DNA of 64,000 nt from Gekko japonicus. Lineage: Eukaryota. The stretch's first letter is position 1, and every line of letters begins with the position of its first letter. A program made the translations under genes and the position numbers. Below are positions 11,365-22,800 of the stretch, in pieces. The notes under the pieces are model-generated. The model was not told the DNA's origin. It did no database searches and saw only the letters and a program-made list of their open reading frames with translations. The DNA lies in contig NW_015161425.1 of NCBI RefSeq assembly GCF_001447785.1, forward strand, positions 676,443 through 740,442, read 5' to 3'.

Positions 11365-12045
11365 AGTTAAGCCTGCTGGACGGCCACTGCTGCTTAACCC
11401 TCAAGTCTCTTTGCAGGAGTGAAAAAAATTCAATGTTCACAAAGATGAAATAGTTTGGAGAATGTACAGAGTGTCTTTCCCTCCCTAGTGAACTGGGATT
11501 ACAGGTTATCTTCCTGAGGCAGCGGACACAGCTCTTTCACAGTCTTGCCTTACAGGCTTCAATGGAAAATAGCACTTACAACTGCTTGTCTCCTGTGCTT
11601 CAAGAGGCAAGCATTGTAAATGTGACTGACTGGGACTCCTGAAAAAGAACCTTTTCTGCTTGTGCCTTAGGCAAAATTGTATGCTCAGCTCTAATAATAA
11701 ACTTCATAAATATCAAAAATAAAATATAATAAAGAATAGCGTAATGAAATCTCTCCATCCTCCAGAGCTTCTTTCTTGTCGGGTCTATTGCTATCTAATT
11801 ATGCAGAATGAACTGAGGGACTTTCAATAAACAAATACCAGTAATTCTCTCTCACTGCATGGGGCAGCGCCTTAACATGTTGCAGGAACAAATAGTTCCA
11901 AGGCAGCATCAGGGCAAGTTGCGGGGCAGCTGCTGCTCCATGCCTCAGGAAATGTGTTGAAGCACTGCTATAGCCCAGTGGCCTTTCTCCGCCTAGGATC
12001 CACTGAACTGCAAACCACATGACATCATCAGAGGTACAAAAGTAG

Positions 12046-12260
12046 ATGGAATTGCCAGCTCTGGGTTAGGAAACACCTGGAGGTTTTGGGGGTGGAGCCC
12101 TGGGAGAGCAGAGCTTGGGGAGGGGAGGGACCTCAGCAGGGTGCAATGCCAGACCCCACCCACCGAAGCAGCCATTTTCTCCAGGGGAACTGATCTGGGT
12201 CATCTACAGATCAACTGTAACCGCAGATCTCCAGGTGCCACCTGGGGGTTAGCAACCCTA
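12046..12260 (+). mobile_element. ~210-bp hAT (Blackjack-like) MITE
   Basis: Same internal sequence and 3' TIR GCAACCCTA. Confidence 0.8.
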
Positions 12261-14455
12261 TACATAGAAAGAGGACCCAGAGTTATGACCTCACCGGTGG
12301 GAAGGCCAGGATCATGGGAAGCAGACCCCGAAACAAAAACCAGAAACACAAAATACAAGCTGAACACCAGGATGCGGACCGTATCAAGGAGCAAGCCAAA
12401 GCCTGAGGGGCCTGGAGGAATCTTTTCCACCAAGTGATTCTGTCTCACTGTTCTACGGCTCCTCTCAGCATGTGCGCAAACAGAAGCACGAACCATGGTG
12501 CCCCTGCTCTCCACGCATGCACATGGACAGCAAGTCCTTCCAAAAGACAGACCCCTCACTGGTTCAAGAGTTTGTGACCCAGTAGTTGGGGTTCATCTGA
12601 AGAGCAGCCCTCTGGATTAACAGGGCACTTGGGTGCACTGGATGGATTCATACATTGATTCCTATATTGCAATAATTGATTGTGCAGATCACAGAGCCAA
12701 GTGAGGAAAGAACAAGTGCTCGTAGGCAAGGAAAAATTAAAACCCCCGAGAAGGTCGTGGCATTTAGCCACACTCAGATCTGGCCCAGATGCTGAGGAAC
12801 AAATAGAAAAGGGCTGCTGTTGTCCCTGTGCCCTGCCAGTATCCCTCCTTTAGTCATCTGGATCTCAGTCAAGTCCAAGCAATCCTTCGGTGTGTCTTCA
12901 TCTTATGGCCCTGAAGAAGTCTTAAAAGTTATCAGGGGAACAATATTAGTTACACAGCTGCCTTCTTGTAGGGGAGTGTAAGTGATCTTAGTTCAGAGCA
13001 TAATTACCAAAATGTGTTCTTGTTTAGTGATAGCAGGCAGCAATGTCAGATACCAGCAGCAGGCCATAGGAGGACCTAGCCCACTTGCACGTAACAATGG
13101 CGGCTTGACCACTGCAGGTCCCATTTGCTTCTCTATCATCTGCATCTGGAAAGACAACAGAGGCTCTAGCCGGATCCCACCGGTGGCTGCAGCACATTTT
13201 CCTCCCTCACGCTCAAACCCCAATACCAATTAGTTAGCATATTTCAAATGATCAGTGTAGCACACGCTTCCCTTGTTAATCCTTTCAATAAGTCTACAAG
13301 GGAAGTTTCAACCATATGGGGCTGCTAATAAGATAAATGGGTTTGCCTAAAGCCACTGAGTGAATGTGGCAAAAGGGAGATTCGGATTGGAAGCCTCCTG
13401 GCTTGCGTGCCAAGAGGCCAGAACTAAATGGTTTTCCTTTTATCTGTGTCGATACTCATTGTCTTGTGCAAGGTGGTAGAAAGTGGTAGGAGAGAGAACG
13501 GTAGGCAGCGGTGAATGTGTGTGTGTGTAACCTAAGCCTTCCATACTCCCAGCCATTTCTGCTAACTGTAAAGAGCATCGTTCTGGCCAATACATCACAT
13601 TTCTGTACAGATTATAATGGAGAGAGATTTAAGTCAAAACAAACTTAGGTCCAAAGCCTCAGGGGGTGACCTTAGGCCAGTCACGGTCCGACAGGATTGT
13701 CATAAGGATAGAATGGGGAGCAGAGAGGAGACAAATGTTACCTACCCTGAGCTCCTTGAAGGAACAGAGGAACAAAAATAAAAATTATACACTCACTGTG
13801 GGAAGAAGGAAGGCTGACCCGTGCAACCGCGCTTGTGTAAATATACTCAGTGCAAATTAAGTAGCTGAGGTGGAAGGCTTCCCCCTCCTCTTTCTACTAT
13901 TGACAAATAACAATAAAATGAATAAATGGAGCTACAGAAATGAAAATTACATCTGCAGAATGTTCACAGCAACCATCAAAGCACAGTGTAGGTACTCTTT
14001 AACGTACAGATGTAAATTAATTCCCCCTATTCTTCCTGGCGTTACCATCTTCATAAAACATAATAGATTTCTAATTATACTTTGGAGTAAAAGGCAAACT
14101 TCAAGAACAATTTACAATAGGAAAAATGGCATACTACAGGGAACAATAACCTAACCCCCAGATTAAATGCAAGCAGGGCAGTGGCATGATTCAAAAGTAA
14201 CTGTTTATTAAACCTCATGGAGGAGGTTTTTGCAATTTAAACACTTTTTCTCTATTAAGCAACTGGCATAATCTGCACAGAGGGAACCTCAGAGAGCCTT
14301 ATTATCTTTTATGTAAGCTAAAAACAGACAATCAAGAATGGGCTGGCGAAACAAACAAAAAAACACCCACTAGAGTGAATAGTTCTCTTCAAGCATTGCA
14401 TCAAAGGTAATTCTAAAACCACCCATATTTTTGGGTCACATAACTTGAATCTGGT

Positions 14456-14782
14456 AGCTGCGTTGGCTCAAGTGGTTAAGACGGTGAACTGCAGGCTGGA
14501 AGGTCGAGACCCAAGTGCTGCATGACAGAGTGAGCTCCCATCTCTGGTTGCAGCTCCTGCCAACCTAGCAGTTTGAAAGCAAAAAATTCCAAGTAGATAA
14601 ACAGGTACCACTTTGGTGAGAAGGTAACAGCGTTCCATGCGCCTTGGCGTTTAGTCAGCTGGCCAAATGACCACGGAAACATCTTCGGACAGCGCTGGCT
14701 CTTCAGCTTGGAAATGGAGATGAGCACCGCAGCCCTAGAGTCAGATTCGACTGGCTTTCGAGCAAGCGAAACCTTTACCTTC
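14456..14782 (+). mobile_element. Sauria SINE
   Basis: tRNA-like head (TGGCTCAAGTGG...GGTCGAGACC), conserved body, ACCTTT tail; matches 29591 and 45458 copies. Confidence 0.9.
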
Positions 14783-16552
14783 ACAAACTTGAATCCGACA
14801 TTAATTGTATACAAAAATACTTCGTGGCTCTCTTCATCAAGTTTTTTTCTTAAAGCCTTGTTTATTCAAATCAGGATCTAGATTTGTAGAACTTAAAATG
14901 CTGATAACAAATTTTCTGCTTTGAGGAAGGGCACGCAACCTGTATTACAACTGTGGCTAAAAACTGTTCATGAAGAATTCTGCAGTTAGTGTAAGTAATA
15001 TTTGCTTTTGCCATGAGCTCAGTGGCCTATCACATGACACTCTCAACATCAGCACCACCATCTACACTATGGGGATAATACTGACATACCTGGCAGATCT
15101 GTTGTAAGGACTGCAAGCTAAAGTGTGCATATGAAGAGCTCTGAGCATGTTCTATATTTTGGTTGCTTTCACCCATATGCAGAATGTATTTCTTGCAAAG
15201 CAAAATGAAGATGACTCAGGGATCAAGGACATGGCTTTAGTCCAGCTGATATTTTATTTTGTTACACTTATATTCCGCCCTCCCCACATTGTAGGCTCAG
15301 ACATGCTGGTTGCTTCTAATTGTAAGTGGTAATTATATTGGTATGTCTGGCCCCTTAAGAGGTTAAGCGTAGAGCTGTCCAAAATGTTCGCTTTTTTTTT
15401 CTGGCAACGTACAGGCAGACACCGCAGCACCCTCTGCACTTTTACAGGAATGTAAGAAAGGACAGAAACTTGTTGCTTGTGTATCAACATCATTCGGATG
15501 AAATTAGTCTACATGAAGGAGTCCAGGATAAAGTTGATACTGGAGCCACCCTGGTTTCCGCCAGACAGATTTCTTAATCAACCACCGTCACGGATGACAG
15601 TGGTTTCCCTCGAATTCTGTACTCATTCCGCGATTTTGCTACTCACAGTAAGATCCTATGATGAATTCGTACATAAAACTTGACACAGCTGGTACAGGCC
15701 TGGAAAGTCTCAGGAACAAATCCCTGCTCACCATATCAAATTCAGGGAAGGGTAACCTTTTGAGGACTTTTTCAGTACATCTGTACTTCCACGGCTCACA
15801 GTATTAACACCAACCTCCTCAGGATTCTGTTAGTAACATAAATTTAGGAACCCAAAATAATCATCTGAATAGAAAGCAGGTTTTGAAATCTATCTATATA
15901 TCATATGGAAAATCAGAAATAAATCTGAAAATCTGTCCAAGTCTGCAAAAAAAAGGGGCCTCCTTTTTAGATAATTTACACAGATAGCGCACGAATTATA
16001 ATCTCAGAAGAGACATTTCCCTCTGGGGAGAAGAAACAAAGCATGCTTCTAAAATGGTGCCCACAGGCTGGGATTGGGGGGGGGGGGGGTGAGAGAGAAG
16101 AGAATGTCTATTTTATATAATTTGAACTGCCAAAAGACAGTTGCCCAAGAAATATTTCAGGCTCCAACAGTGAGGCCACTGTTTTGAAGTATACACATAC
16201 AACTGCATCAAACCTCACTGTACATTTTAATGGTTTCCTTTTGCAAGCCTGATTTTGTTACAGCAAACAGCTCTATCTTGTGGCGGAAAGGTTATACTAA
16301 CAAAAACATTTCCATGTTTAATATGCTGTCATTTCCATCATTCCCATGTTCTATGAACAAATATTATCAACTCTTTTCACAAGTTAGAATATAATTGCAA
16401 AGGTACTTTTGGAGGGTGTACAAAACGTGTCACTGGAAGAAAATGACTGCAAAGGTGTCGCCTGAACTGGAAACGTGAAAATGGTTAAGTATTGCAAGAG
16501 CTGCTATAAAGAGACCAATGGTTCTGCATTTTCAGTGACACTAGTATAAGAC

Positions 16553-16643
16553 AGAACAAAGTTTGAATCCAGTGGCACCTTTAAGACCGACAAAGTTTAA
16601 TTCTGGGTATAAGCTTTCGTGTGCATGCACACTTCCTCAGTAC
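16553..16643 (-). mobile_element. Penelope-like element terminus with minimal hammerhead motif (16607-16643)
   Basis: Minus strand GTA-CTGAGGA-A-GTGTGC AT GCACAC-GAAA-GCTT-ATAC then ACTTTGTCGGTCTTAAAGGTGCCACTGG. Confidence 0.78.
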
Positions 16644-17038
16644 AAAATGTAGCTATGACAAGCCTTTATCTTTTATCCCTATATGCTTGACATCTCCAGG
16701 TGATTACAGAACACAGGGTGGTCTCATTTGTAAAGAAGATATTCATGGCCCCCGCTCTTTCCTGTTGAATGTGGGGTTTGTGACTTCTGTAGATCTAGGA
16801 AAGAGCAACTCACAACCTTTTCCCATTTGTCTTCCTCACAAATCTGCTGCCAGTTTCTTAACACCTTCCGTGTGCAGCTGCCTCCCTGGCCTTTACTAGT
16901 GTTAGTTCCTATTGCTTTTATCCTTTTCCTACTTGGTAGAAAAGCCATTTCGTCAACAGCAAGTCTATTGCCAACTGATTAGTAGGCGTTTTGCTTGGTG
17001 ACTGATCCACAGGTTGAATACAACGGAAAAAAACCCAT

Positions 17039-17044
17039 TTTATT
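17039..17044 (-). terminator. MRPS9 polyadenylation signal AATAAA
   Basis: tttatt on + strand about 45 nt after the stop codon, followed on the minus strand by a GU/U-rich stretch. Confidence 0.75.
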
Positions 17045-17088
17045 ATAATATAAATACAACATATATGTAACAATTCAAACTTCAAAAT

Positions 17089-17238
<150 letters not shown>

Positions 17239-17639
17239 TTAAAATGAGAGGTGAACTTCGGGCATGAGAAGGGAAATGTTTCAAACTGAACTCCACTGTA
17301 GTTTGAGGAAATAAAGACTGGAAGGATTTTAACATTTCACATATTTTCAGTAGAAAACCTGGGAGGCCCCCCTAACAGGGCTCTATTTTACAAAATTCAT
17401 TAGCATGCAGACTAACTGGAGTCCAAGATTCTTGATGCAGCCAGTTTGTTCATAAGCCTAAATCCTCAGTATTTATCTCTTCTCTATAGGATAATGTTCT
17501 AGAGTTTAGCTTGGGGCTAGACTACTGAAGGAATCAACCCTTGCCTACAAAGGTACAAACGGCGACTTGGGGACAACCCAAATTGCATACAAATAGTTTG
17601 GACATAAGGTACAGGTTACATTTCCCTATGATTTCCAGC

Positions 17640-17792
17640 AGAGCTGGAAAGGTGCAGAAGAGGGGAACCAAGATGATTAGGGGATTGGAGCATCTGTGAG
17701 GAAAGGCTGAAGAATCTGGGACTTTTCAGTTTAGAAAAGAGATGACTAAGGGGTGCATGGGGGGGGGGATATGATAGAGGTTTATAAAATTA
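17640..17792 (+). mobile_element. CR1 LINE ORF2 fragment
   Basis: Frameshifted VQKRGTKMIRGLEH..EERLKNLGLFSLEKR.LRG..DMIEVYKI; related CR1 3'UTR-like piece at ~19495-19600. Confidence 0.8.
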
Positions 17793-17836
17793 CTAGGAAT
17801 AACGTCCGTTGCGGAAATAAATACAACGAACTGTAG
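17793..17836 (-). mobile_element. Helitron-like 3' terminus
   Basis: Minus strand hairpin TTCGTTG...CAACGGA then CGTTATTC-CTAG|T; it abuts and truncates the CR1 fragment. Confidence 0.55.
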
Positions 17837-17892
17837 AAAGAGGTTCTGGGAGAGTGCCCCGGCCTTGGGCACTCAGCGTCAATTTGCTGTGG

Positions 17893-18788
17893 TGACCTCA
17901 GCAAGGTATAATGACACAGAGTCCACCATTTTCCCCAGAGGAACTGATCTCTGCTACCTGAAGAGCAGTTGTAATTTTGAGTGATCTCCAGCCCTCCCCT
18001 GGTATGGAGGATGGAGTCTATGGCATTGTACTTGTCTGAGGCTCCACCCCTCCTCAAACCTCACCCTCTCCAGGCTCTACCGCTCAAATCTCTAAGAATT
18101 TCCCAACCTGGAGTTGGCAAACCTATCTCCCTCTTAGCCAATCATCGACCTACCTTTATTTGCCCCTTTGACTTCAGCTTTCCATCTCCCCTCCCCCCAC
18201 CTGCAGCCTCTACTGTGCTCTGAAGCCTTGACTGCTGTCATGGGGGGGGGGGGGGCGAGCCGGCGGGGTATGGACACAGAGTCCACCATTTTCTCCAGGG
18301 GAACTGATCTCTTCCATCTGGAGAGCAGTCATAATTCTGAGTGCCTTCCAGCCCTCACCTGGAGATTGGCAAGAATGGTTCCCCAGGAAAAGTACAGTTT
18401 TTCTCTGCAATGGGGATGGGGACCAAAGCAGCTTACATCATTCTCCTTTCCCCCTTTTGGCGTGTACAACAACCCTTTGAGGTAGGTTAGGCTGAAAGTC
18501 TGTGACTGGTCCAAAATCACCCACTCAGCTTCCACGGCAAGAACCTGGGTCTGGCAGACCTTGCTCTGAAGTGCTAACTGCTACACCACACTGGCTGTGG
18601 TATTGCCTGGTATCACAACTGAACTCCAGAGAAACAGATCTTTCTCTCCCCCTGGAGAAAATGACTGCTTTGGAGAATGGGCTCTATGGCATTCTGTTCA
18701 GCTGAGGCCGCTCCCTTCCCTAAACTCTGACTTCCGTAGACTACCATAAAATCTTCAGGAATTTCCCAACCTGGAACTGGCAACCATA
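17893..18788. mobile_element. Cluster of partial Blackjack-like MITE copies in both orientations plus a SINE fragment
   Basis: Family pieces at ~17893-18000 (+), ~18010-18125 (-), ~18270-18372 (+), ~18620-18788 (-); SINE-like piece ~18465-18595. Confidence 0.7.
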
Positions 18789-18914
18789 GTCAGAACTGGC
18801 CCCAAGGAGTCTTCTCCCAAAGGCCAAAATAGGCATAGAAAGGGTCTCCTTCCCCACTGCCTTTTACTGAAAGAACCAAGCTTAGTTGCCTAGCAACAGG
18901 AACTGAGGGGAAAG

Positions 18915-19133
18915 TAAGGTTGCCAGCTCTGAGTAGGGAAATACCTGGAGATTTGGGGGGCAGATCCTGTGGAGGGCAGTGTTTGGGGAGGGAAAGGACC
19001 CAGCAGGGTATAAGGCAAGTCCGTAGCTAAGATTTTTGACTTTGGGGTGTATTTAAATAAGTCAGGGGGCACCCACGCACACCCACCCAGGCTGTGTCAG
19101 GAGCAACGAGAGAGTAAAAGTTTTTTTTAAAGC

Positions 19134-19166
<33 letters not shown>

Positions 19167-19438
19167 AGAGGCAAGGCAGGGCGACGGTGCGGGACGGCTG
19201 TGGTGTGCACAATAAAATAAAATAAAATAAACCAGCTGGATGGGAAGTCAGGAGGCCTGGGCAGTAAGTCAGGGGGCTTGGCCCCGAGATGTCCCACTGT
19301 AACTATGGACCTGGTATAAGGTCATAAGGTCTACCCTCCAAAGCAGCCATTTTCTCCAGGGAAACTGATCTCTGTTATCTGGAGATCAATTGTAACAGTG
19401 GGAGATCTCCAGGTCCTGCCTGGAGATTGGCAACCCTA
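18915..19438 (+). mobile_element. Blackjack-like MITE interrupted by a nested hAT MITE
   Basis: TAAGGTTGCCA...TGGCAACCCTA; TSD GGGGAAAG/AGGGAAAG (7/8). Confidence 0.85.
19016..19313. mobile_element. Nested 298-bp hAT MITE
   Basis: TIR CAAGTCCGTAGC / ACTATGGACCTG (9/12), perfect 8-bp TSD GTATAAGG at 19008 and 19314. Confidence 0.85.
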
Positions 19439-19786
19439 AGGGAAAGTCAGCTGCACAGCAGGGGGTTGAAGAGAATGTTTGACAGGAGGCATCACTGCAA
19501 GAAGGCCTCGACCTCTATGCCCTGTTGCTGGACCTCCAGAGGAACTGGGTGGCCACTGTGTGAGACAAAATGCTGGACTAGATGGGCCTTCTACTGGCTT
19601 AGTGTTTGCCAGAGCATCTTTCTTCCAACTTGCCCAATGTATTACTCATATCAACCACAACCTAACATTTCTACAGTTTTAAAATAATCCTCCCCCCATC
19701 CATATTTTAGCATGTATATACTGAATGCCATTGGCTCAAGGGTGCAATAACTACAATCAGATTCCATTTCCTATTTGCATTCATAC

Positions 19787-19956
19787 CTTGCCTCATGCAC
19801 TCCACTTCGTCTTCTGTAACAAAACTACATAATGCTCTTGCAGTCGCTAAGCGGATTGCGCCAGCTTGTGCTGATCTCCCACTCTCGGAGACAGAGCAGA
19901 CCATGTCGTGTTTCCCCAGCCGATCAACAAACTGAAATGGGAACATCAGCTGCTCT
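19787..19956 (-). CDS. MRPS9: MRPS9 exon 10 (170 nt)
   Basis: TTTCAG|A GAG...CAA G|GTATGA; [56 protein letters not shown]. Confidence 0.96.
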
Positions 19957-21901
19957 CTGAAAAGCATTATTTATATGTAAATAAAAAACACATTAACACC
20001 ACTATCAACTCTCATTTATTCCAGCTGTAATAATAAGCAATGCAAGAATAAACCACAGATTGGATCCTGCCTAATTTTTTTTACATGTGCAAGGGGGATT
20101 TTTACTAAATCCTCCATCCCTTGGTGGATGTTCAAGCTATTTGTGGGGTCCCCCATTCCTTAGTGGCAGCATTGCGGGGACATCTGGGGCTGCAGCCAAA
20201 GGCAGGGAAACTGCCCTTCTGTGGATGGAAGGAAATTTTAGATGGGATCCAAGGGTCCAGAAATATAATCTTTCTGAAAAGCCAACCCATCCTTGAGGAA
20301 TAAAAATATTCTATATTTTTTTCTTATCAAGCACAGGATTTGTCACAGGAAAATTAAAAATCAGGAACTGTTTCACATAGCCTGGCTTAGCCCCTATGAA
20401 GTATAAGCAAATATGTAGAAGCGTTGTATGGTGAAGGGGGGCTTGAGCAGCTCTAGTTTAGGCTCCATTAGGAGTGGAGAAAGCTTTGGGCTGAGAAAAA
20501 TGATTAAGGAGATAAAGCACTCATGCCAATGTCATGTGGTCAATCCAAACTTTAAAAAAAGTGAACGGACCACTCTGGAGCTAAAATAGACATGCTACGA
20601 GGTCACAGACCTCTTTAAATGCCTGGAATAGCGACAACAAGGGAGACCATTACTAAAAATGTAAGAACAATTAATATGATACATAGACCACTAAAACATT
20701 TTCTAAGATAGGCTCATTTCCGAGGACAGAAATGACCAAAGTGATTCTCCTGAAAAATAAGCAGATCATAGTACAGGCCTCCACAAATGGTTTAGTGTAA
20801 TTTGCATAGTCGTCTCACACGAGCTCTTTACAGTTATTTGCAGAACAATCCACTTCAAACACTGATATGAAAGGATTAGCACACATTCGCTTACTGGTTG
20901 CTTTCAAAGCGTTCTAGGAGTCAGACCCATGTGAGGTCCTTAAAGAAGTTGTTTGAGAAGTTGAAAACCCTTCCACAATCGAGTGCAAAGAGTCCCACAT
21001 ATGGGAGAAAAGGAGTGTGTGGTCTATTCAGAAGTACTCCATTTCTGTCAGTCTACTAGTTTGTGCGAGAATTTTGGCTCATGCCTCAAGGTCTTGACTC
21101 TACATTGCAGGCAAAAGCTGTTCAGTCTTATAGTTTTGGCAGAGGATATGCTGGGGAAAGACCTCCACAGGGGTCACCCAGGGTAGGCAGGGAAATTGCA
21201 CTTGCTAAGCAATCCAATATACTAAAAACCAACAACCAAAACCAGCCACAGAGAGCAATAAAGTAATCAGAACAGATTCAAGCACAGTTAAACAAAGGGA
21301 AAGATATGATGCAAAAATATATGATCCATTTGGTTCCTTTGAAGGACACAAAACTCTAAGCCTCAACACCACAAGATGTAAAGGACTTGAGGCTCAGGAG
21401 TACAAAAACAAGTTAGCAGAGAGTGTGCATCGTTCCACTGACTATCAGCATATGAAGAACAGGGAAAAGTGAAAATCTGGCTCTGAATGTGTGATTACAT
21501 TTTAGAAGCTTAAGAGCATTAGCAATGAGGACAGCTCCCCTGCCTCCAAAACCCCCCCAAAAAACCAGGATCCGAGAGCTGAGAGTTACATTTGTCACTG
21601 CAGCTCAATTCTCAATGCTTTTGAGTTTCTGGGGGATGAAGGTACAATTGGGAGACCTCTGATTAGCAACCATGCAACCTTTTACTTTCCCCTCAGCATA
21701 GGCTTGTGAATTACCAGTAGTGTTCTCCTGCAACAGCAACATCATCATGCATTTATTTCTATGTGCTTACGTGCTCTGCCGTGTTACAGAAACGTAATGA
21801 AGGAGGCGACAAATATGCCACCTCTTCCCATCAAGCATACCGCATATGCAGAAGTGCTCACAATAGAAACAAGAAGCTCTGGGGGGCAGAATCTCATAGA
21901 T

Positions 21902-22220
21902 CAGTGATGGCGAACCTTTTAGCGACCGAGTGCCCAAACTGTGACCCCAAACCCACTTATTTATCGCAAAGTGCCCACACGGCAATTTAACCTGAATACT
22001 GAGGTTTTACTTTAGAAAAAACAACTCCTACATTAACTTAAGATGATCCAAACATAGTAAGGAAAGCAATCCCAAATGCTTTCAGTTACTTAAAATTATT
22101 TGGCAGAGAATTTGACACTTTAATGATGGCCTGGGCCTGGCTGGGGTGATGGCAAGCGTGCCCACAGAGAGGGCTCTGAGTGCCACCTCTGGCATCCGTG
22201 CCATAGGTTCGCCACCACTG
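21902..22220. mobile_element. hAT MITE (319 bp)
   Basis: TIR CAGTGATGGCGAACCT / AGGTTCGCCACCACTG, TSD TCATAGAT/TCATAGAC. Confidence 0.9.
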
Positions 22221-22691
22221 TCATAGACCCTTTGCATGCTGGGAGAGGGATGGATTCAGAAGAATTCTGTTCTACAGATGCTGCAGAACTTCCCTGGAGA
22301 GGCTGGTAGTGAGGACATAATCTATAAGGCTGTGACGTAAAGAGGCTGGAGACTGAAAACTTGGGGAGAAGAAAACACGGGGGTGGGGGGATTCAGAGTC
22401 AATTGGCCGACAAGAGGGTCCGATCCTGACCCCTATCAGTGACTGCTCCCCTAGCATGTTCAACTCTGCCCTCCACATTTTTCTGACCTTTGTGTGAACA
22501 CTGAATTGTTTTGCTTCTGTTAGGGATGAATGGTGATGCATACATATCACTGCAGCTCTTGAGGGTCATGAAGCTGGGAATGAGATTAAGAAAATATCTA
22601 CAGCCTTGGTGTTATCAGAAAGCCTCCTTGAATTAAAAAAAAAATGCTGAGAAACAGATAAAAACAAACTCTTCAACTTATATGCACTCAC

Positions 22692-22800
22692 CTGTCCTGC
22701 AACACAGGGAAGAAAAACACATAATTATCTCCATTTATGGTAATTTTTCCACTTCCCCTGTCATAAAGGGTAACAGTTGCTCTGGCTGTCTTTCGACGGC
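22692..22800 (-). CDS. MRPS9: MRPS9 exon 9 (109 nt)
   Basis: TTCAAG|GC CGT...GAC AG|GTGAGT; GRRKTARATVTLYDRGSGKITINGDNYVFFFPVLQDR (start of S9 domain). Confidence 0.96.

Noticed and set aside
19797-19799. Cys in EVECMRQ where recalled human has Trp
   Set aside because: The position appears variable among metazoan orthologues; weak on its own.
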